Virus record (IMG/VR): IMGVR_UViG_3300035666_000007
Span: 1-64,000 of that record
DNA length: 64,000 nt
Strand: one strand, 5' to 3'
From: a virus
In this document: positions 48,790 through 59,761 of the stretch, piece by piece
Layout of the letters: every line of letters starts with the position of its first letter
How positions within the stretch are numbered: position 1 is the first letter of the stretch
The notes under the pieces: model-generated
Told to the model about the DNA's origin: nothing
Database searches by the model: none
What the model saw: only the letters and a program-made list of their open reading frames with translations
Program-made: the position numbers and the translations under genes

Positions 48790-49420
48790 AAAGGTGTCGG
48801 TGAGCCGTGTGCTCGCTGGCGCCCCATCGCATTAGACGGATGAACATCAATCAGGTAAGCAGTTTTAGGATTCAGACATCAGCCGACGATCTCGTTCGCA
48901 TCTTTTGCCGCAATAATTTTGCGACAAGTGCAAAGGAGGAATTTGTCTTTGTGTGCCAAAATCGCAAAGGCGAGGAAAAGTATAAATTTTTTATCCTCGA
49001 ATCAACGGCTGAGCTTTCATTGAGCAATGCGCTCAAGCTGCAAGAAAAGAATTCCGATCTTGTCCGTGTCGAAGTTACCAAATTGGAGACTGGCACTTCG
49101 TTCAATTACCCCCGTCCTTTTGTTTGATATGGCTGACTATTGCGTCGTCACTCCTTACGGGTTTCCTGTGCTGGGAACAAAGGCAGAGATTATTGATCGC
49201 CTTTGCCATCCTAGATTTGACAACAGCATGAGGTTGATTTTCAAGTTTCCCGGCCATCAAGAGGTTGTCGCCCACAGTTACTCAAATGAGTTTTCTGCTC
49301 TTGAGGCGGCAAGCGATGCTGTCCATGTTTTATGGGCGAAATTGCCGGAGTATGGCTACAGAATCTACAAGGCTGTTTAGGCACTTTGCCTGATTTACTT
49401 GTTCTTTTTAATTTCCCGAC

Positions 49421-49600
49421 ATGAATCAAGATCAAAAAATTCAATTGGTTGAGAACATGCGTCGCTACGGCGGAAATTTTGTTAGCAAGCTTGCAGATGC
49501 GATGATTGCAGCAGATCCGCAAAACTTTCAGCGCATTTGTGATGCTTTCCCTGAAATTGTCAAACGGTTTGAAAGACCATGGATTGCCATCAATGGCTAA
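49421..49600 (+). CDS. Small conserved phage protein (59 aa, below ORF-track cutoff)
   Basis: 'MRRYGGNFVSKLADAMIAADPQNFQRICDAFPE'. Confidence 0.7.
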   Translation: MNQDQKIQLVENMRRYGGNFVSKLADAMIAADPQNFQRICDAFPEIVKRFERPWIAING

Positions 49601-50007
49601 TTCTTAATTCGTTCAATCAGTCAAAACAATGAGCACTTTTACTTCCGAGAAGTCTCTTCTGGTTAGATCCTTTGTCGAAGGAGCCGTTCGAGACTTTGAG
49701 AACACGATTCAACTGCTAGCAGATCAGTATCGAAGCTCTTGCCTAATTCCGTTTTGCAAAAAGTACGGTGTTGAGTTTATCAGAGAAGCGAATGAGTATC
49801 AATTCTGCGGCAGCCGTCCGCCCTTTCTTTTCCGTGTTAAGCCGGAGTCAATAGACATTCCCGATTATCAAGAAATCTGCGCAGTTCTTAATCTTGAGAT
49901 CAGCGCGCTGGGGCTCCCTCCGGTTGCGTTCTTGACGTTTTTCGACAGCGTCAAAGCCGAACATCTTTGAATAGCTTTTTAGTTTTTTTCTTTATCCAAT
50001 CAGAACA

Positions 50008-50796
50008 ATGCTTAGTTTCCTTAAGTGTCAGCAGGCTATCGAATCTCAACTCAAGCGAGGCTTTGACAAGAAAAAGCTTGGACACAATACCTATCTTCGC
50101 AAGCTTACTCAGAACAGGTACGCGATTACGCTGCACCAAACAGATATAATTGTAATCTCTGAGCGGAACGGTGAAACAATTTACTGTCTAAACAGTGGCG
50201 GCTACCGAACGGTTACAACCAAGGACAGGCTTAATTCGCTGTCGCCTGCACGCATCTATCAGAAGCGCGGGGTTTGGTATCTGAGTGAAAACAACGACAC
50301 GAAGAATGATATTCCCTACTTCGACTTTGTCGAAGTTGACGCCCGTGGCATGGTTGTCAATAAAGACTCGGTTCCGGCTGATCTTATCGAAAAGAGAAAA
50401 TTACTTGATCGCCTGATCAATGAATACATTCGCGGCTTTGCAAAGGACGCTGTTGAAAACGGACTTCGCAAGCCCGAGACCGGGGACTGCTTGATGTGCC
50501 GTCTTTATCTTGACAACCAAGACAAAGATGACATGGGGCACGTTTGTTGCCATTTGTACGAAAAATATTACACTCGCATCTTTTTGTATTACTGCCTGAA
50601 GATGCATGGATACAGCAATCCTGGATTTACCTGGGCTCTTATTGCCAAGCACTGCGAGAATGGGCGAGATGAAATGCTAAAGCGCGAGCTGCGTTATGGC
50701 TTCGCAAGAATAAAAGAGCGACTGCTTAATGTCTTTGACATTTCCGAATACAAAGCCGCTCAAGAGCGCTTGAGGGAGCCTGAACTTGTTGATTGA
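50008..50796 (+). CDS. Conserved phage protein
   Basis: 'ITLHQTDII...LNSGGYRTVTTKDRLN'. Confidence 0.75.
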   Translation: MLSFLKCQQAIESQLKRGFDKKKLGHNTYLRKLTQNRYAITLHQTDIIVISERNGETIYCLNSGGYRTVTTKDRLNSLSPARIYQKRGVWYLSENNDTKNDIPYFDFVEVDARGMVVNKDSVPADLIEKRKLLDRLINEYIRGFAKDAVENGLRKPETGDCLMCRLYLDNQDKDDMGHVCCHLYEKYYTRIFLYYCLKMHGYSNPGFTWALIAKHCENGRDEMLKRELRYGFARIKERLLNVFDISEYKAAQERLREPELVD

Positions 50797-50799
50797 TAA

Positions 50800-50847
50800 A
50801 AATTAAATTTGCTTTTGCTTGACAGCAGGTAAAATATATGGTACTAT
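50800..50847 (+). promoter_or_regulatory. Early promoter 4
   Basis: AAATT-N14-TTGACA-N17-TACTAT, extended TG. Confidence 0.88.
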
Positions 50848-51130
50848 TAAGTATGCAAGCGCAGCCTGTGTGCCGCGCTTGTTTTTGTTCTTTTGCTCCT
50901 TAGATCAATGGCAACTTACAAGACAATTCTTTTTCGGTTTGATGGGCCGGACAAGGTTCTTGACCGTGGGCTAACGCTTAAGAAAGCGAAAGAGATTTGC
51001 AGCGATCCTGATACGTCTTCTCGTACTTGCGAGAAAGCTGCAAACTTCAAGGCCTGGGGCGACGGTCCTTGGTTTGTCGGATACGAAAAAGAATAGCTTG
51101 TCTTGATCGCAGTTTTTACAAATTAAATCA

Positions 51131-51535
51131 ATGAAAGCATTACGAATTGCCGAGCGCTTAAACATTTCTCTGTTTGACGCAAACATCGCCTTGAGCATTA
51201 TTCGAGGCAGGACCAACCCAGAAAACTTCGCAAGGCGTTTCCCCCGCACTTACGGTTGGATCAATCAGTGCTATCACAAGCCACGAGCAAGCGAAATCGC
51301 ACTTGAAGCCTTGAATGAATTGCTCGGTACGCATGGAGTTGAAGTAATTCGCGACGAGCGATTTCATTGCCCCTTCGACAGTTACCTTGGAGACATTGTT
51401 GCGAGCTACCTAAACACCGGGGATGCTTACGCAACAACGATTCTCTTGGATCACATTTCCAGCAAGTGGCGACTGATTAGTTGGGGCGATTTTGTGGAAT
51501 CGCTTGACGCAAGGGCGGAGGAAGAAGATGTCTAG
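51131..51535 (+). CDS. Conserved phage protein
   Basis: 'LLGTHGVE...YLNTGDAYATT...SWGDFVE'. Confidence 0.7.
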   Translation: MKALRIAERLNISLFDANIALSIIRGRTNPENFARRFPRTYGWINQCYHKPRASEIALEALNELLGTHGVEVIRDERFHCPFDSYLGDIVASYLNTGDAYATTILLDHISSKWRLISWGDFVESLDARAEEEDV

Positions 51536-51715
51536 TGTTGTTTTTGGTACGCTTAATGCCGCGAGATCAGAAAAGGCAAAACGTAAATATCCGCACGAAA
51601 TCCTGAAGACAGAAAGACACGGGGACTCATGCCTTTATTCAGATGGCACAATTGTTCCCGCCCATCGCTGTACTTGCGGTGGCACCAAGCAGTTCATTTA
51701 TTCACTGAGGCTTAA

Positions 51716-52051
51716 ATGACCAAGACTACCGCGATCACGATTTCCGGTTCTTTTACTATTGACGCGCTTGCGGGCGTAAAAAGCTTTGAGCATCGGAAGA
51801 TTTTGGACGGCGATCAGGTGCTAATCTATTTTGAAAATGGATACGGCGCAAGTGTCGCAAGGCATTCTTATTCGTATGGCGGCCTTGAGGGATTTTACGA
51901 GCTTGCCGTAATTACCAAGCCTGAGAGCGAGGGCGAGGAGTTCACAATAGACCACGATTCTGTAACTGGCTGGCTTAGCACGGCAGAAGTTATCAATAAA
52001 CTCACGGAGATTCAAGCTTTCCAACCCATCAGGCAAAACACCGATGTCTAA
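51716..52051 (+). CDS. Conserved phage protein
   Basis: 'FENGYGASVARHSYSYGG..GFYELAVI...VTGWL'. Confidence 0.75.
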   Translation: MTKTTAITISGSFTIDALAGVKSFEHRKILDGDQVLIYFENGYGASVARHSYSYGGLEGFYELAVITKPESEGEEFTIDHDSVTGWLSTAEVINKLTEIQAFQPIRQNTDV

Positions 52052-52318
52052 TTTTCAAGAATGTCCACGCGCTTACGCAATTGAGCTGGTCGAAGCGGGT
52101 CGCTGCGATGCAAAGCAGTTATTGCTTACTTGCCTAAGCCTTATGTCCGCACGCGATGTCAGGGACGCGCTTGATGACAACGAATTGTCGCCTCGCTTTT
52201 TGGATTCAGTCGATGACGGCGTGGATTCGTTCAGCGAGGATGAGATCGGCCCGGAGGAGCGCAATGCTTGCGATCACTACAACGAACGCTACACTTATCC
52301 TTGTAACGACTAATCCTC

Positions 52319-52573
52319 ATGAATTACTATCGCTTGATCGCCGAAGCCGTTAAGACTCACAAACGGTTGATTCAGTACCAGGACGCCGGAGTTGTGGATG
52401 CGCCCCTGCAGGAGAAAGCGGACAGGATTCATGAAATCTTTTACACAAAGGCTCCGTCCGGTTTCTTTCAGGAATACGTTTTAGCGGTCCACGCTCGCAC
52501 CGGCAGATACACATGGCTTTGCGGCAGGGATGGAGTCAATGAATTCCTGAAGCGCCTTGGGGTTAACTGGTAG
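52319..52573 (+). CDS. Hypothetical protein; paralogue of 58007..58267
   Basis: 'AVK.HK.LI...FY.K.P...YV.AVH..TGR..WL.GR.GV'. Confidence 0.75.
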   Translation: MNYYRLIAEAVKTHKRLIQYQDAGVVDAPLQEKADRIHEIFYTKAPSGFFQEYVLAVHARTGRYTWLCGRDGVNEFLKRLGVNW

Positions 52574-52606
52574 ATTTTGATTCTGTTAAATTCACACATT
52601 AGAACA

Positions 52607-53290
52607 ATGCCACAAACCAATCAAGGCGAAAAAAGACAAAGCTTTTCCTGCCTAATTCCTTTTGACGGCTTTTATTGCACACACCACGCTCAAAGGATTG
52701 ACGACGAAGAGGAGGCGTTGTTCAGGTTTGATGACGGAGAGATTCGATACCCGGATCTTTATGGGTCATTCTGGGAAAAAATTGATTACTTGTCTGTATT
52801 CAGGAAATACGCCAAATGCTACTTGGAGTTGGTTGGCTCAATTCTTGAGGTCGGCTTCACTCTTGAGGAGCTGCTTTGTCCAAGGGAGTACAATTTTTCA
52901 ACAGACAGAATTTTTGCATCTATCAGTAGGGCGGATTTTTGCAAGCTCTTAATCAAGGTTCGCGGAAAAAGCTTTCGAGAGACCGCGCTGGATATGTTTG
53001 CCAGTCGCCCAGGCTTCGCTAGCTTTTACTCGCCCAAGATTTCGAGTTGGGCGCCTATTGCGGATTGGGATCACAACCAGGCCGGTGCAGTTGTTGCGGC
53101 TGCCTTGAAGAGAGAGCTGGCGGAGTCGCGGATCGATCTTGATAGCCAATTAGATGAATTCATTGATTCATCAAGCATCCAGGACTGGCTGTGCAATGCG
53201 GTCGATGATAGCGGTATTCGCGTTCTCAGGATAAATGATTATCTCAGGCTGCGTGATGAAAGAGTAAGCGCTAAAATCAGTTGTAGATAA
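52607..53290 (+). CDS. Conserved phage protein
   Basis: 'IPFDGFY...PREYNFSTDRIF...SRPGFASFYS'. Confidence 0.75.
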   Translation: MPQTNQGEKRQSFSCLIPFDGFYCTHHAQRIDDEEEALFRFDDGEIRYPDLYGSFWEKIDYLSVFRKYAKCYLELVGSILEVGFTLEELLCPREYNFSTDRIFASISRADFCKLLIKVRGKSFRETALDMFASRPGFASFYSPKISSWAPIADWDHNQAGAVVAAALKRELAESRIDLDSQLDEFIDSSSIQDWLCNAVDDSGIRVLRINDYLRLRDERVSAKISCR

Positions 53291-53321
53291 CCTTGACAGG
53301 CAAGCCATTGTATGGCATAAT
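53274..53321 (+). promoter_or_regulatory. Early promoter 5
   Basis: AAATC-N14-TTGACA-N17-CATAAT. Confidence 0.88.
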
Positions 53322-54341
53322 TAAGTGATGCGAGGGCCGGTGTCGGCAAAGCCTCGCTTTTTTGTTCTTTGTTTTTCTTTTCACTAGATCAATGCAAACA
53401 CAAACCCTGACACGTTCTTGCACCTTAAGCTTTGAAGAGCTGCAAAAGAATGAATACCTCTTCAAGCGAATTAACACTTTATGCGGATTGATGGAATACA
53501 AGCTTCACAAGCCGCAACTCGGGAGAGCTGAGTTTGATTATTACGATTTCACAAACGGAACAAATGCTTGGCGCTTCGACGGTTTTATTACCGATGCGCA
53601 ATGGAAGACAATCGCGCAACTGTGCATCAGCTACAAGGCCGACATTGCAGAGGTAATTCGCGGCTTTGTTTTCGAGACCGAAAAGATCTCTGTTGTTGAT
53701 GGCGAGCATAGTTCGACTTATTTTGTTCCAACTTCGATGTGCGGATACATTAAAAATATTTATTTCTTGATCGAGGAGGATGGACGATCTAATACTTGAT
53801 TCGTAAATTTCGGCCACTTTATCCGCAAAAGCCATGACTCTTTTCGACCTGCCTTCAAGTAATAGGATTAGCACCAGCCAAGTTCGGCTGGCGCTCATAT
53901 ATCGGAAAAGCAGCATTATGAAAATATACAAACAGTTTCCTCTCGTTGTTGGGGAAGACTTTTACAACTCAGCAATTGCAGAAATTGACAGCTTTCTGCT
54001 TTATATTGACGGGAGCAAGCAGATTTCAGTTATCAAAGGTGAAGATCCCGTCGCAACCGCAATTGAATTTACGATTTCCGAACTGCAAGACAAAATCGAG
54101 GGACTGCCCGTCGATGGATACTTCGGACGGGACAAGGACGAGCTTTGGTACTATTTTATTTGCAATGATCAAAAAGTCGTAGAGGACAAATACGAAACGC
54201 TTGACATGATGCTTGACGGGCAATGGCGAGCGATTAGCTCAATTGGTACCCTCAACGAACTTTCTCTTGTCGGACAAGAGTTGCGTTACTTAGTTCTCGC
54301 CTAACAGTTTCTTGTTTTTGCAATTTTTATCTATCAAGCCA

Positions 54342-54758
54342 ATGCGCAAAACTTTAACTTTTCACAAATACGGCATGTCTTTCGAGGTCAAGATTTTTCT
54401 TGATGACGACAATCAAAAATTGTCAGTCTTTGGTACTTTGTTTGATCAAAATGGCGATAGTGTTGCGAGCGGACAGGTGTCCGAAGTTGCTCGACTGTTT
54501 GCGCCGGCTCAGCTTTGTGACACTTGGGAGCGTTGGCATTTGAATACGATGCGCGCTGGGACTCCGGCGCAAGAGGAACTGATTAAGTTTGAGAGCAAGC
54601 GTCGCAGGGCTCTGGATCTTTCGCAAATGAGTTAATGGCTCGCCTGTGATTTTCTTGAGGGGCACAACTTGCTCCTGGATGATGGATACAAATATGGCTG
54701 CTCTTGGCTAAAAGAGGAACTGCCACAAGATGTGATTGACTATATTTATTCGCTTTAG
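54342..54758 (+). pseudogene. Conserved phage gene interrupted by in-frame TAA at 54633-54635
   Basis: 'WERWHLNTMRAGTPAQE...S*WLACDFL...GYKYGCSWLKEELPQDVI' is continuous in one frame. Confidence 0.7.
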
Positions 54759-55253
54759 CTTGGTTGGCGAAAATTAGACTCGCAATAAAAAGCGAATACG
54801 GCTCTCGCTCTTTTCAAAAGTTCTTCGTCGCACAACAATGACTGCAATCACTCAGGATCAAATCAATCAAGAAATTTTTCAGTGGCAGGATCTTGGTCGT
54901 GGATTTCATGGGGGCAGGTTTGACTCGAAAGAAATTTGCGTTTTTCACGACTCATCTGAAATATGCAACCTAGATTTTTCCGTTCGTCAATACACTTCAG
55001 ACGAGGAGGATTGCTTTGGTGCAAACTATTCGCGCTGGCGCATTATTGTTTTCATCAAACAACGCAGACATGAACCCAGAACAGACGCGGAAGAGTTCGC
55101 GATTGAGTTTCCAGCAGAAGTGGGAATAAGTTATTCAGAAAAGGAGTTTGCTATGGAGTTCTGTGAGTATGTACTTGCAAGTTTCTTGAAATATCAAAAC
55201 TTATCGCGCTTGCCGTACGTTGACTTGCACCCAAGCGAAATCTGACATAGCTG

Positions 55254-55301
55254 AAATTAGTATTGCATAAGCTTGACATCCGGCGCTATATGTGTCATAA
55301 T
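55254..55301 (+). promoter_or_regulatory. Early promoter 6
   Basis: AAATT-N14-TTGACA-N17-CATAAT. Confidence 0.88.
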
Positions 55302-55907
55302 TAAGTATGCGAGCGCAAGGTGTGTCTCGTTTTGTTCTTTCGTTTTCACATCAGATCCATGGCCATCAAGAAAAATCTTAAAGCGGCTTCCACCGGTTTT
55401 GCCGCGTCGGGTGCCGTTGTCGTTGTTGGCACGCTTCTTGCTTTTGTCATCGCCTCGCTGATTTCGGAAGATCAACGAGCCTATAACAATTGTTTAGTGA
55501 AGCACAAGTCGGTAGATTACTGCCGCCTGATCGTGAGTGGCAGATAGCTTCATTGATCTTTTGTTCACAAGCAGCTTTTTCCATGACTATTTCCTTGCAT
55601 CGTCGCACTTCAAATGGTGTTTATCATTTCATGGGCGACTATTTAACAGACTATTTTGAGTTTGCCTTCAAGGACTGCGTCAATCAACATACCGGCAGTT
55701 ATGTTTGGTTGTCTACTGATGAAAGCATTTCGCATTCTCATTGCCTGGTCGCTTACGACCCGGATCACGACAGATACGAAGATGTCGATGACTGGGACAT
55801 TCTGAAGATGGTTCAAGATGCCAGGAATCGCGGAGACTCTTCCCAGCCTTCCTTGCCGTTTTCCTGACCTGTGAATCGCGAAGCTTAACCTTACACACAC
55901 CAGATCC

Positions 55908-56459
55908 ATGAACGCATCACAACTTTCTGGCAAACTTGCAAAGATTGACACGCAAAGCCTTTGCAGTACCGGCTGCGTTTACCTTGAGTTTGCGGGTAAG
56001 CAGTCTGAATATCGCATTACTTTTAAGCTGTCTTCTGATCCCTACACGAATGTTTTCGATTTTGATTGTTACGGTAGGCTTGAATGGGCGACGTTATGGC
56101 CGCAAGATTTTGATGGCGGAGCGCGAATCATCCAAAGAGATCGGCGCGGCAACTTTCTTTGGTGGCAGCCGTACAAAGACGAAGACGGAAAGATCTACGA
56201 TTCCGATCGCGACCGTTCCATCGTTCGCGATCTTGTTGAGTATGGTTTTTATCAGATAGAGCTAAAGTTTTATGGACCGCTGACCTCTGTATTTGGCACT
56301 CGCGTCGGCATTATCAAAGAAAGTACGCTTTGCGGCCTGGACAGCGACAGGCTAAGCGAAGCGGCAGTGCTTGTTCCTGATATGATTAACGATTGGGTTT
56401 TTGAACTTAACGCAGCTGACAAATCAACTTCGGAGCTTGTTGATGGCACTGCCAGCTGA
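55908..56459 (+). CDS. Hypothetical early protein
   Basis: 183-aa ORF, 'DFDGGARII...WWQP'. Confidence 0.65.
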   Translation: MNASQLSGKLAKIDTQSLCSTGCVYLEFAGKQSEYRITFKLSSDPYTNVFDFDCYGRLEWATLWPQDFDGGARIIQRDRRGNFLWWQPYKDEDGKIYDSDRDRSIVRDLVEYGFYQIELKFYGPLTSVFGTRVGIIKESTLCGLDSDRLSEAAVLVPDMINDWVFELNAADKSTSELVDGTAS

Positions 56460-56760
56460 CAAGCGCTCCCAGCAGGCTTTTTGGGTGATCGGAGCCCTTG
56501 AGCGACTGCAGGGACTTGGTTTCATTTCCGATGTTCAGCTTTATGTCGCACCTGGAGAAATAGATACATGGCAGAGTGTTGACGAAAGAAGGCGTGAAAT
56601 TGTGGACGACAATTCTGTTCGGAGCTTGACTCGTTTTATTTGTGCTCACAGCGGCATGGAAGACAGGGAGAGTATAAATAAAGTAGTTCTTGCCGTCTTT
56701 CACTTTAGGGATCATCGGGAAGACATGGTTAAATTTGCGATGAAAAGAACACTTAGCTAA

Positions 56761-56808
56761 AAATCTCTTTTGCATAAGCTTGACAGGCAAAGCGTTATAT
56801 GGCATAAT
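56761..56808 (+). promoter_or_regulatory. Early promoter 7
   Basis: AAATC-N14-TTGACA-N17-CATAAT. Confidence 0.88.
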
Positions 56809-56933
56809 TAAGTCATGCGAGAGCCGCCCTGCGCGGTTTTCGCGCTTTTTACGCCTTTGATTTTTACTTCAATGATCTAAGTTTTTTTAGTTGAAGTGTA
56901 GTTTCACAAGCCGTATTCACCTCAGATCTTTCG

Positions 56934-57347
56934 ATGAAACTTTCAACAGTTTTGAATCACCAGCGCTGCTTGACAGGGCAACTGGAAAGCATTTACTTCA
57001 ACGCAAGGCTGTGTCGTCCGAAACACAGTCAGATACTTGCTGAAACGCAAAAGCTTTTTACAAGTGAGACGTTTCGGTGATTGCCGCACTGGTCGCGTTC
57101 TGTGATTTTGGCAAGGCGCGAAACGCTCTCGAAAGAAATTTATCAGTATTTGCGTTTTGCGTTTATTGGTGCCGATGGTGTGCCGAGAGGGTTAAATGAT
57201 TTGACAGCGGAAGACCGTCAGGCGGTTTTTGATGGCAAAATCACAGGGCATCATTATTGGATGAGAGAGAAATCAAGATCGGCTTGGATTGAGAATGGAG
57301 AACACAAAGAGCTAATCGTAAAAGAAATCACCACGGAGTTCTACTGA
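56934..57347 (+). pseudogene. Gene interrupted by in-frame TGA at 57078-57080
   Basis: MKLSTVLNHQ...SETFR*LPHWSRS... in a single frame. Confidence 0.6.
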
Positions 57348-57808
57348 TGAACGAATTACTCGCCCTTCAGGTTAAAAACCGCAATCAATTGAATGCAGTA
57401 GCAAACGAGCTGCAAAACAAATTTGGAGATCTTTTTGCTACGCTGATTGGCAAGAAAGCGATCAAGGTTACGCCCTATCGGACGTTTACCGCAAAGATCA
57501 AGGATCAGGTTGCGCAGATTGTTGATTTGCCTGATGGATTTTCGATCGTTTACGATTGCGGTGGCTTGACTCGTGTATTTGCGAGTTTGACGAAAAGATT
57601 TGATTTCGTTGGTCGCACGTACTATTTGCGTACGAGCATTTTCGTTTGCCCTCTTGACAGAGAAAATGTCGCCCCTTTTGAGATTCTTCCCACCGTCAGG
57701 AGAACTGACTTTACCGTGGAAGAGATTGCTTCGGCAAGAGAAAGAATTGCCGAACTCGATCGAGAACTTAGCCAGCTGAAAGGGCTGGTTAATGACTTCT
57801 ATCCCTGA
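57347..57808 (+). CDS. Hypothetical early protein
   Basis: TGATG coupling to upstream stop. Confidence 0.65.
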   Translation: MNELLALQVKNRNQLNAVANELQNKFGDLFATLIGKKAIKVTPYRTFTAKIKDQVAQIVDLPDGFSIVYDCGGLTRVFASLTKRFDFVGRTYYLRTSIFVCPLDRENVAPFEILPTVRRTDFTVEEIASARERIAELDRELSQLKGLVNDFYP

Positions 57809-58006
57809 TTTAGCCATGCATCACATTTGCTTGCTCCAGGATGGCGAGATGAACAGCCTCGCCGAATTCAACAGTTACGAAGACGCGGGTGATCATTACG
57901 ATCAATTCTGCAACAAGCATCCAAACGGCTGGGTTGAAATTGTTTCAGATGCAGATTTCTTGATCACAAAAGCCGGAGCAAAACTTCAGGAGCAACCTTT
58001 CTGAAA

Positions 58007-58267
58007 ATGAACGACCAAAAGTTAATTGACAAAGCTGTAAAAATTCATAAACAGCTGATCGAGAATGCAGGCAAGGATCCTGCTTTGATTGATCTTGCGC
58101 TTGAACGCAGAGCCAGCAAGTTGCATCATTTCTTTTACGAAAAAGTTCCGGCTCGTATTTTTCACAAATACGTCAAAGCGGTTCACGAATCCACCGGTCG
58201 CCCCAATTGGCTCGCCGGTAGGCAAGGCGTTCCTTACGGTTTCTGCCCCGACGATCGTTTGCCCTGA
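58007..58267 (+). CDS. Hypothetical protein; paralogue of 52319..52573
   Basis: Shared motifs. Confidence 0.75.
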   Translation: MNDQKLIDKAVKIHKQLIENAGKDPALIDLALERRASKLHHFFYEKVPARIFHKYVKAVHESTGRPNWLAGRQGVPYGFCPDDRLP

Positions 58268-58285
58268 ATCAATTCAAATACTTAC

Positions 58286-58322
58286 AGCAGTGGTGTGGCT
58301 TTGTCTGCATCACTGCTTTTTT
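58286..58322 (+). terminator. Intrinsic terminator ending the early region
   Basis: AGCAGTGGTG...CATCACTGCT followed by T-run. Confidence 0.75.
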
Positions 58323-58536
58323 GTTTGTTGAGCAAGGTTGCCCCCTTCATCCCGTCCCGCACTTGCCGATCCACAGCAGGCCGCTGAGAGCCGCTGGAAG
58401 GCCTTTGCGGATGTCGATGCCCCTAGGAGACGCTGAAGCGTCGAGAGGCGTCTAGATGAGGCGTTTAGCGCTGTCTCCGTTGGTTTGAGATTGAGCCTTG
58501 ATCGGTTAGCGTGCGAGCGTTCGAGATTCGCAACGG

Positions 58537-59007
58537 ATGCGCAGACAGAGCACGTGCGAGGTGATGACGGTTGCGGAAGTGCATCGAAGATTGCGTGCAG
58601 TCAAACGCAGTCTTGCAAACAAAAGCCAGGTCTTGTATTATCAATCTCTTAATTTAGATTGTCTAAAACTTGACCTTACAGAGGTAGAGAGTTTCTACAC
58701 TTGCCCGATCAGTTTTGACAAAAAGCAGTTTCTAGCATATATCATTAACAAACAGTCTTTGTTCAATCAAGACAACTTTATTCATGCAGATATTCTTGAT
58801 TACGTCTCCAATCGCAAAAAAACAATTTGCAAAAGCTTTGCAGTAACAGCAATGCTTTTTACCAAGTACAGAGATTTTAGCGAAGTTCACAAACACGTTA
58901 TTGTTTGCATTGGCAGCATCTATCACGCCCCCCGACTCTTTTATAAGGATATGGCTAGCGGTCGAATTGTCTACGAGAAGTGCAGCGAGTATATAGACTT
59001 ACTGTAA
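58537..59007 (+). CDS. Hypothetical protein
   Basis: 156-aa AT-rich ORF. Confidence 0.5.
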   Translation: MRRQSTCEVMTVAEVHRRLRAVKRSLANKSQVLYYQSLNLDCLKLDLTEVESFYTCPISFDKKQFLAYIINKQSLFNQDNFIHADILDYVSNRKKTICKSFAVTAMLFTKYRDFSEVHKHVIVCIGSIYHAPRLFYKDMASGRIVYEKCSEYIDLL

Positions 59008-59080
59008 TGTAATTTTGAAAAATTCATTTCGCCCCATTCTCTTCTTTCTTCTTTCTTTTTCTTCTTTTTTCTTTATAGTC

Positions 59081-59761
59081 ATGACTGATTACAACTTTGA
59101 AATTCAAGACAGTAGTTTTGATCTTAATGATGAACAACTTGATTCACTTAATTGTGAAGAACTTAATGTTTTAGAACAAGACACGAATCTTACCTCTCTC
59201 GCGCCCGTTGCTGACAGCAAGCAATCTAATAGCTCTACAGTAATGGATGATACGGTTAACCAATCGTGGCAGTTCAGATCGAAATTAGCTACCAATGAAA
59301 CAGAAAAAGAATACCTTATCTTTAAGTTTTGGTTAGATGCAGGATCGGGACGATCAAAGCAGTACGTATCAAAAGTCTATAATTTAACAGAAAACTCTAT
59401 CTTCAAGGTAGCAAATAAGAATAACTGGGACTTGAGAGCTACGGATTACGACTGTTTTCAGTTGCAGTTAATGACCGCTGCAGAGAACAGCCGTCGTGCT
59501 CAGTTGCATAAACAGAAGCTAGAAGAGTACCGTCAACAACAGGAGTTCATTGGGCGAAGCCTGTCATCCGATGCAGCAAAGTTAGCAGCAATTGTTAGCA
59601 ATACGTTGGATCAGTTTATGTTAAATGATCGGTTGGTGGATATTCGTGATTTACCAGCTGTTTTGAATGCTGCTAACAAAGCAGCAGAGGTTGGTCGTAA
59701 CTTGCAAAGTTCTGCATTAGGCGTTGATCAGTTGCTGACTGCTCTGGAAGAATGCGAGTGA
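59081..59761 (+). CDS. Putative terminase small subunit
   Basis: 'W...NETEKEYLIFKFWLDAGSGRS...V...NNWDLRATDYD' HTH followed by coiled coil resembles a TerS family. Confidence 0.55.
   Translation: MTDYNFEIQDSSFDLNDEQLDSLNCEELNVLEQDTNLTSLAPVADSKQSNSSTVMDDTVNQSWQFRSKLATNETEKEYLIFKFWLDAGSGRSKQYVSKVYNLTENSIFKVANKNNWDLRATDYDCFQLQLMTAAENSRRAQLHKQKLEEYRQQQEFIGRSLSSDAAKLAAIVSNTLDQFMLNDRLVDIRDLPAVLNAANKAAEVGRNLQSSALGVDQLLTALEECE

Noticed and set aside
54633-57080. Stop-codon reassignment
   Set aside because: The two internal stops are different codons, and all three stop codons terminate normal genes in this window
59035-59075. Pyrimidine tract read as a hydrophobic signal peptide (ORF start 59015)
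   Set aside because: More likely a low-complexity leader; the ATG at 59081 is the more plausible start
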